From Wallemia ichthyophaga EXF-994 (lineage: Eukaryota; Fungi; Basidiomycota): 32,000 bases of DNA. Below the pieces are notes generated by a model. It ran no database searches and was not told the origin of the DNA. It saw nothing but the letters and a program-made list of their open reading frames with translations. How positions within the stretch are numbered: the first letter of the stretch is position 1; every line of letters begins with the position of its first letter. Positions 24,389 through 32,000 of this stretch are shown here, piece by piece. Position numbers and translations under genes: made by a program. The stretch covers positions 120,001 through 152,000 of the forward strand of contig NW_008806277.1 in assembly GCF_000400465.1 (NCBI RefSeq), in the 5' to 3' direction.

Positions 24389-25942
24389 ATGTTTCGCAGT
24401 CTAAACAGACTCAAACCTGCTTTAGAATTCCTTCCAAATAAGGTTGACTTTGAATTGCGCCCGCTTGGAAGGTACGCGCTATCTGTAGCTGCATAGCCTA
24501 TCTCACAATACCAGGCTCAACAAAGAAGCTGGGAGCAAGAGAGTTCCACACGTCACTCAGTCCGTTGGTTCCATGTTCGGGTCTGTCTCATCCTTCTCCT
24601 TTTCTCCCCGCTCTTCTCATTCTGTCGTTCCAGCGGAAATCACAGCTTGAAGTGGATATCTCAACCCCGCAATATCCTCCTCGTCAAGAAATCACACAGT
24701 GAAAGCTCCTCAAATGCAATGCATCACGTCATAAACCATATCAGGTCAAAATTTTCAGACACCAACATTATAGTAGAGGATGGCGTGAGCCGTGAGCTAG
24801 CAGCTGTGCATGGAATACACGGTCTATATACAGCCTCTCAAGCCAACGAATCTACCCTCCTCTCTAAAGTGGATTTTGCCATTACACTAGGAGGCGATGG
24901 CACAGCTTTGCACACCGCTTCCCTCTTTCCAACTGGCCCCGTGCCTCCTGTGCTTTCCTTTAGCACTGGCACTCTCGGTTTCCTGCTTCCCTTCCATGTG
25001 AACACATACAAAAGCGCGATCGACGATGTTTTCAACTCGACCGTTTCCGTTATAAAGCGCATGAGGCTTATGTGCACTCTTCACGACGCTTCCGGAAGGC
25101 TTATTGATGATTTGGATGGTTAGTGTTGCATAAAATATCGCCATTCTAACCCCACCCCGAAGTGTCGCATGTCCTCAACGAAGTGGCGCTCCATCGCGGG
25201 CGATATCCTCATCTAGTGCAGATTGAGATATACGTAGATGGGATGCCACTCACTGAAGCTGTAGCGGATGGCTTGATTGTCTCTACCCCCACTGGCTCAT
25301 CGGCCTACTCGGTGAGTTACGTGTGGTGTTTGAGTGATACAACTCACTCTCCCCAGCTATCTGCGGGTGGTCCACTAGTTCATCCCTGCGTACAGTCCAT
25401 TGTACTCACCCCTATTTGCCCACGAAGCCTCAGCTTCAGACCTGTCATTCTCCCGTCTGACTCGACAGTGCAGCTAAGGGTGAGTCAACGCCGATCCGGC
25501 TGCCATACTTGCTCACTGAATGTACAGATGTCCTCTAAAGCAAGAAGCAAACCGGATGTATCACTGGACGGACGCGAAGTGATGCAACTTGAAAACGACA
25601 ATTATATCCAAATAGCAATGTCGCCTTTCCGTAAGTGGGGTGTAGGATGTAGAATCGAGGTGAACAGGCTAACATGGCACAGCTCTCCCGTCAATCAATA
25701 GAGCTGCTCAGTACGATCCTGAGAGCAGAACCAGCACTCCTCGACTGCCTTCAGAAAAACAACTCGCGCAGAGCGCCTTGGACAGACTTGGGCGCGCACA
25801 GGATGACTGGGTTAGGGATATAAATGATCTTCTGAATGTGAGTAAGCCGCTTATTATCACGCTGCTGCTCACCTTTACTCAGTTCAACAGCCGCTTCGAA
25901 TCTAAAGGTCACGAAATCTATCACGGCGGGCAAGATGACTAA
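24389..25942 (+). CDS. POS5: NAD(H) kinase, probably mitochondrial POS5 type
   Basis: MFRSLNRLKP presequence-like start; PRNILLVKK, ITLGGDGTAL, FSTGTLGFL, LNEVALHRG, ADGLIVSTPTGSSAYSLSAGGP, LTPICPRSLSFRP; several introns; ends INDLLNFNSRFESKGHEIYHGGQDD* at 25940-25942. Confidence 0.85.
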
Positions 25943-26070
25943 AACTGAGCCAATGAGATGCTAGTTTCGTGAGTGTTGTATTTATATTAAAGTCTCACTT
26001 ATAATATCACGCGATTTTTATTCAAAAGCAGTCCCTGAGAACACTCTTTAATCATCATCACCACTTTTCG

Positions 26071-26506
26071 ATGAAGCGGCTACAAAACCTATCACTGGAA
26101 ATTGATTCAATACTTTTCAGCTACCTCGATGGCTACGGATGTAACATGCTGCGCCTCCCCTGCCGCGCTCTAAACCAACAGGGTTTAAGGTCGACGAGAG
26201 CGACTGTGAAGTTACTTTCGAGGATTCTGGTCAATTTATAAGCCTATTAATCGACATCCCCACAACCCTCGGGCTGACTGATCGAGTAGTGTGCGTCATT
26301 AGCTGAATTACAAAAAGTCACTAAATGTGAATAATAGGTCAGCAAACGTCAAACAAGAATTGGAAACATTGGTAACCGTTGGAATCCACAAGGTTTTAGC
26401 GCATCTTCTAAACCTGCGAAGACTCAAAATAAAAGCCAATGGGAATAGAATCGTAAATGATGAAATAACCTTACACGGAGAATATCCCAAGCTGGAAATA
26501 TTATGA
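26071..26506 (+). CDS. Orphan 3-exon ORF (about 115 aa), possibly the truncated 5' part of a longer decayed gene
   Basis: ATG 26071; GT-AG introns 26141-26181 (41 nt) and 26291-26337 (47 nt) splice in frame to MKRLQNLSLEIDSILFSYLDGYGWFKVDESDCEV...VGIHKVLAHLLNLRRLKIKANG...PKLEIL*. No family recognised. Confidence 0.5.
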
Positions 26507-27154
26507 TCCAAACGCGCACATTACGTGACAAAGTGTGCGTCTCCTTCCCCAGCCCTGAGTTGGATTTGCACTGATACTGGCCGCTGTGTGTAGCTGGTTC
26601 ACAATATCAGACCTAACTGTTGAAATAGCAAATAGTGAAAAAGGCTCACAAAAAGCCAAGTCACGCGAATTATGTAAACTATTCAGTTATCAACGGAACT
26701 ACAAGAAAAAAAAAAAGACATTTATGTGTTTGGGAATATTCAAAGTTCATATGGAGGACTTTTTGAGCGTTATTAAGAGGGTAAAACGCTGATGTATGAG
26801 AAGAGTCGAGACTGTACAAGTAATTTACAGATCCCTACAGAATAGACGAGTTCAAACTGCACACTCATCAAATTTCTCATAAATAGTACTACAAAGGTGT
26901 TATAAATCTTGATGAGGCTTATCGTACTGTTGCAAGTTATTATAAGAATGAATACGTTATGAAGGATAATCGATAGTGAGCGCTAATATGACTTTCTGAT
27001 TGAAATGGACAGGAACTGCAGTAATCGAGATACCACAATAAGCCCTAATGATATACAAGATTGCCTCGATTACTGTAAGACACTTGTATTTCAACCAAAA
27101 TTACAGTATACCTGCATAATAATAACAACAATTGATAAATTAAATCTATATTTT

Positions 27155-28964
27155 TTACTCCCCGAGACTAAATTGGGAAGTAGGACCGCCTGGCAAGTCC
27201 TTGAGAACAAAGGTTGCGACATCAGATCTGAGAATTGCAACATCAAGCATTTCAATGATGTGTTTGAGTTCTGCCAATCTATCTTGATCAGATTTGGCCA
27301 GAAGAGACGCGTCTTCCCTAACGTCTCTCCTGTCGGCTCTTGCAAGCACATCTGCTCTGATGCTTCTTTCGCGTCGCTTTCTCTCTATCAAATTGGCTAT
27401 AGTCTTGTACAGCTTAGCAGACAAAGCCAAATAGGCTTTGGGAAGATCAACATACCATAGGTAGAATGTACGATGCACAGCTCGGTCAGCAGATTTAGGC
27501 ACTTCCTGCAATTGAAGTAAACCGCTGGTCTGTAATTTGCCGATCGTCTCTCTAGTTTCTTTCATCGAGAGCAGCCCAAGAGTTGAGATATGTTTCTCTT
27601 CGAGCTTGCCTTTCTCCAAGACTATGTTGATGATACGCGCTGCTTCGTTTCCAAATTGCTCTCTGACTAAGCTGTCGACGAGTGATCTTTTGATACGAGC
27701 GCAAACGGTTTCATAGCAAACTTGGTATTCTTTACTAGTACCTGCTTTTTGCAAAAATCTGGTCGAAGCTCCTGCCGGTCCAGGGAAATCTTGAGATGAT
27801 AAGATTTGACAGTACTCAGTAATCAGCTTTACATGGTTGTCTTCTTTGTTGCTCAAAACTATGCCCTTTTTGAGGATGCTTTCCATCGGTGCGTATTTCG
27901 CTGCATGGTGGATTGGTATAGTCTCTGATAGTAGATCGTGAACGTTATTGTGAGTGTCTCTTTTGTTTTCCTCGGTAACTCTCAAGAATGCATCCACAAT
28001 TTTGCCAGACTGATCATTCCAGCGCTTGGCTGCTTCAGCAGCGATAAGCTGAGACTGTGCATTAGCAAGGCAAGACTTGTAATTTTAGACTCACTCGATT
28101 TCTCAGTCTGACGTTATAGTACTCGTAGTTAACACGGAAGTAGGCATTTTCCTGTATTTGATCAGCAAAGGCGATGGGGAGGTAGTCGCACATACGTCGA
28201 TCGAGTAGGAGTCTTCAGCCGAGTCTCCAGATTTATTCTTACGCTTCATACCAGCGCGTGTACCGTCATCCTGCATTGTATCACCACGCTCCTCTTGTAA
28301 CTCGCTGAACAACCTGCTAGCAGCCTGGTCTTTGATCATTTTGATATCTTTAGGGCCAAGGATGTGAGTCTTTGTGAAGGTACTCTGCTTAATCTCCTTT
28401 TCATATATGAGTGTTTTGTCTCTGGGACTGATGTGCATGTTTTTGGTTGATTTAGTAAGTGCAGCTGATCTGACGAGTTTAACGAGAACTCTCTTTTTCG
28501 TTGTGTCGCTGATTTCAGTTGATATTCTTGCGAGTAGATCGTGCGGACGCAATTTACCGTTGAGGAGTACAGTTGTGATCATTTCCGAAGCACATCTACT
28601 CTCCAGCTTATCTTTCAAGCTTTCTGCGGCGTAGACAATGTACCTCCCGAATCTAACTCTAGCGTGTATCTCGTCTGTGTTAGTTTCGTAGAATTCTTCG
28701 TTATCAGATTGACAATGCCACATGCAATTCTGCTGAATGAGAACCAAGAGTGCTGCTCGTACTTGCTTTGGTTTTAATGAAGTGTATCTCGCTATCAATG
28801 GCAATGGCAGTCTACCAAACTCCAGTACAACTTGGCCTACACGCTAGGAGCTGGCTGTTAGAAACTGGGACTACAGAATACTATGCAGCACTTACAGACA
28901 CTACTACACCAAAATCATTCTCTAAAATTATTCCACACAACCGAGAAGCCTCCTTGGTGACCAT
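27155..28964 (-). CDS. RPC82: RNA polymerase III subunit C3/C82
   Basis: MVTKEASRLCGIILENDFG-intron-RVGQVVLEFGRL...VRAALLVLIQQNC...RVRFGRY; YFRVNYEYYNVRLRN; EQFGNEAARIINIVLEKGKLEEKHISTLGLL; LQEVPKSADRAVHRTFYLWYVD. Confidence 0.92.
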
Positions 28965-28994
28965 GTCCTCTTGGTCGCGACAAGTCAAGAAGAA

Positions 28995-30701
28995 ATGTCG
29001 TCAATCTACAAGGTATTTGGCGTGTACTAGTCTGTATGCTGCGCTCACGCCTCAATTCAGCCAAGTCTCGCAGATGTGCGCTCACTCGTACTCGATCAAC
29101 AGAAAGGGAATTGCGTACCTGTGTACACCAGCATACAAGCAGATCTACTTACGCCTGTAATCGCCTACTTGAAAATATCACAAAACTCAAATCACAGCTT
29201 CCTCCTCGAGAGTGTCGCTGCGAATGAGCGTAGCAGATACTCTTTCATTGGTGCTTGTGAGTTTGATAGTCATCGCGTATTTCCTTTAATCAATGTTTAA
29301 AGCCCCACTCAAGCTTATGAAATCTGGCCCAAATGAGGACATTTCTGGTGATCCTATGCCTGCACTTGAAGCGGAACTTGGAAAGTACAAATATGTTAAG
29401 GTCGATGGCTTGGACACCTTCACTGGTAGGACCTGTTGGGTTTTCATGTACAAAGCTAACGATGCCTGGCTCAGGCGGTGCTGTTGGCTACGTCGCTTAC
29501 GATTGTGTTCACCACTTCGAACCAAAGACAAAAAGAGAACTCAAAGATCCACTCGGGATCCCTGAATCTATGTTCATGATCTGTGACACTATTCTTGTCT
29601 TCGATCATGTTTTCCAGAAAGTCCAAGTTGTTAGTCATGTCAATGTTCCAGATAACTGCAATGAAGTCACCCTTCAAGCCAAGTACGCTGTAGCAATTGA
29701 CAAGATTAGAAAGACTGTTGAATTGCTAGAGGATCAGCAAATGCCTAGGGGTCCTTACCAGCCAATGATTGGTCAATCCGGTGAAGCTTTCAGTAACGTC
29801 GGTAAGACCGGATACGAGGGCTTCGTTACATCTCTCAAGGAACACATCAACAAGGGTAACATCATCCAAGCTGTACCTTCACAAAGACTAGCAAGACCGA
29901 CGCAGCTTCACCCATTCAACGTTTATAGACACCTGCGCACTGTCAACCCATCCCCCCACATGTTCTATCTTGATTTCAACGGTGATAGCCCAGAAGGTGT
30001 AAGGTTTGTGGGTGCTTCACCTGAAACGCTCTGCAGGGTAGAGAACAACAAGGTGTTTAACCACGCAATTGCTGGTACTGTCAAAAGAGGTAAAACTAAA
30101 GAGGAAGATGAGAGGCTGGGAGAAGAGTTATCTCAATCTGAAAAGGATAGAGCTGAGCACATTATGCTTGTCGATTTGGCGAGAAATGACGTCAACAGAG
30201 TCTGTAAACCAGAGACTGTCAATGTCGACGAGCTGATGAAGGTCGAAAGATTCTCTCACGTCATCCACCTAACTTCACAGATATCTGGACAGCTGCGTGA
30301 AGGAAAGTCTCGCTTCGATGCTTTCAGATCCATCTTTCCAGCTGGGACCGTGTCCGGTGCACCAAAAGTCAAGGCAATGGAGCTGATCGGTGAGCTGGAG
30401 GGTGAACGCAGAGGAATATACGCCGGTGCAGCTGGTAGATTTGATTTTGCAGATAATGAAATGGATACGTGTATCGCTATCCGCACCATGACATTTAAAG
30501 ATGGCGTAGCATACCTGCAAGCAGGTGGTGGGATTGTGTATGACAGTGTTGAAGAGGACGAGTATATCGAGACTATAAACAAGCTTATGGGTAACGTCAA
30601 ATGCATAGATCAAGCCGAAGGTAGGTTGTTGTTTTCCGCGTTTGCCTGATACTTCTAACACGCACACAGAATACTATCGTATGCTTAACGGTGAACTATA
30701 A
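28995..30701 (+). CDS. TRP2: Anthranilate synthase component I
   Basis: MSSIYK-intron-PSLADV...GNCVPVY...[88 protein letters not shown]; final intron, then [10 protein letters not shown] at 30699-30701. Confidence 0.96.
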
Positions 30702-30799
30702 AAAGGACGCTATGTAATTAATGTATGAATACAGATAACATGGAAACATGGCCGTGCTCGATGGATGCGCGATGGTGAAAATTTCCCAAACATCACCAC

Positions 30800-31579
30800 T
30801 CATCTGCCTAATATCTGGGCAGCCTTTCCAATAATACCTTTTTTTTCAAGTACACGCTCGACGGCACGCTCAACAAAGCCTTCCAATGCGATTCGCTTTC
30901 CCTGTGGCGTGCTCTTGCCCTCTCCATCAACGTTCTCAGCCTCTTCGAAGAGAGCTTCGACTGCATTTTCTACGTACTTGCCAACCATATCGACTTCAAG
31001 GTTGACGGTATTGCCTGGCTTCTTGGCAGAGAGGGTAATTTGAGATTGTGTGTAGGGTATGAGCATCACTCCGAAGCTCTTTTCGCGAGTATCGACGTGT
31101 GTGACGGTGAGAGAAGCACCATCTATAGTGATATAACCTTTAGGAATGATATAAGGTGCAATGTTATCTTTACCGTGTTGCTTCGGTGGAATTTCCATCT
31201 TGTAGCGCAACGACGCGCCATCGCTATCGACCTGCATAATGCGCGTAGTGGTATCGACGTGGCCCTGAACAATATGACCACCCAGTCTAGTCCCGACTTG
31301 CATTGCCCTTTCGAGGTTCACCTCATCGCCAACTCTCAGCTCGCCAAGGTTCGTGCGCTGTAAAGTTTCCGGGGCTAAACCGACTTTGAAGCAAGTGGAT
31401 TCGAAGCTTACAACGGTAAGGCAGGTGCCATTTATAGCGATACTGTCACCGTTGTGGCAGTCACTGAGTAAATCGTGCGTGGTGCTGAGTAAAACACTCC
31501 AGCCACCATTCTCAGATTCATCCATCTGCTCAATTCTTTGTACTTTGCCTACAGCCTCAATTAAACCAGTGAAAACCAT
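30800..31579 (-). CDS. RIB5: Riboflavin synthase
   Basis: MVFTGLIE, GDSIAINGTCLTV, VNLERAM, RLGGHIVQGHVD, KGYITIDGASLTV, VNLEVDMVGKYV. Confidence 0.96.
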   Translation of the reverse strand: MVFTGLIEAVGKVQRIEQMDESENGGWSVLLSTTHDLLSDCHNGDSIAINGTCLTVVSFESTCFKVGLAPETLQRTNLGELRVGDEVNLERAMQVGTRLGGHIVQGHVDTTTRIMQVDSDGASLRYKMEIPPKQHGKDNIAPYIIPKGYITIDGASLTVTHVDTREKSFGVMLIPYTQSQITLSAKKPGNTVNLEVDMVGKYVENAVEALFEEAENVDGEGKSTPQGKRIALEGFVERAVERVLEKKGIIGKAAQILGR

Positions 31580-31696
31580 TTCGCTGTGAGTGAGTGTGCT
31601 GAGCCAAGAGCCAACGTCAACTTGATGATATGCGTGTTATTGAAATATTTGTGGATTTAATTCATTTCTTTATTCTTAACCACCAACAGCTATCAA

Positions 31697-32000
31697 ATGT
31701 CAACAGCAACGGCAACACCAGCAATCCCGGCGACAACGAGAGATGAAGCAACTCAGAGCAACTACGAGGAGATTTCATCCACGCATCTCCATTTAGACTG
31801 GCAAATCGTCTGGGAGATGTCCGAGATAACCGGTGTCGTCACTCACTCACTGGTTGCGCACAAGCACGGCGTGCATGAGGTGCACTTAGATACGAGTTAT
31901 TTGAAAATACGCCGTGTTTCCACTGCAAGGCATAATCAAAGTCTCAACTTCAAATTGCAACAGCGAGATGCCACAATGGGGAACAAATTGGTTATCTACC
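31697..32000 (+). CDS. 5' part of an M1 aminopeptidase, leukotriene A4 hydrolase-like (runs off the window)
   Basis: MSTATATPAIPATTRDEATQSNYEEISSTHLHLDWQIVW...VHLDTSYLKI, matching the LTA4H/Lap2 N-terminal pattern (DxxTxSNY, HxxLDW, LDTSYL). Confidence 0.8.
   Translation, partial: MSTATATPAIPATTRDEATQSNYEEISSTHLHLDWQIVWEMSEITGVVTHSLVAHKHGVHEVHLDTSYLKIRRVSTARHNQSLNFKLQQRDATMGNKLVIY

Noticed and set aside
27005-27460. 151-aa plus-strand ORF overlapping the 3' end of RPC82
   Set aside because: Two-thirds is antisense shadow of RPC82. The first 50 codons may at most belong to the decayed orphan locus.
24389-31579. Possible cofactor gene cluster (NAD kinase, anthranilate synthase, riboflavin synthase)
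   Set aside because: The genes belong to different primary pathways, are interspersed with RPC82, and show no shared motif. Chance neighbourhood in a dense genome is sufficient.

Overview
Very gene-dense eukaryotic (fungal, basidiomycete-like) DNA with short spliceosomal introns (those I measured are 41-62 nt) and tiny intergenic gaps. The style is consistent with a compact genome such as Wallemia, but that is inference. About 22 protein-coding loci can be reconstructed by hand-splicing. Most are intact housekeeping genes: a MED9-like gene, RPL19, a DHA2-type MFS transporter, a C2H2 transcription factor, a DNAJC9-like gene, a membrane SAM-methyltransferase, ATP2, a Rac GTPase, CCA1, PAC1/LIS1, septin CDC10, IPK1, PEX11, RPA12, NCS6, a POS5-like NAD kinase, RPC82, TRP2, RIB5 and the 5' end of an LTA4H-type aminopeptidase. 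I recognised no tRNA, rRNA, transposon or CRISPR array. Four things stand out. (1) A stand-alone protein with two RNase III domains, one catalytically dead and one intact, with no dsRBD, PAZ or helicase; its second intron appears to end in AT instead of AG. (2) A decayed CMR1/WDR76-like WD40 pseudogene just upstream of a probable intact CMR1-like gene. (3) Extremely tight divergent gene pairs, with only 30 bp between the RPC82 and TRP2 start codons. (4) An orphan spliced ORF whose frame seems to continue past a stop codon into decayed sequence. All protein identifications come from motif recognition, not database searches.
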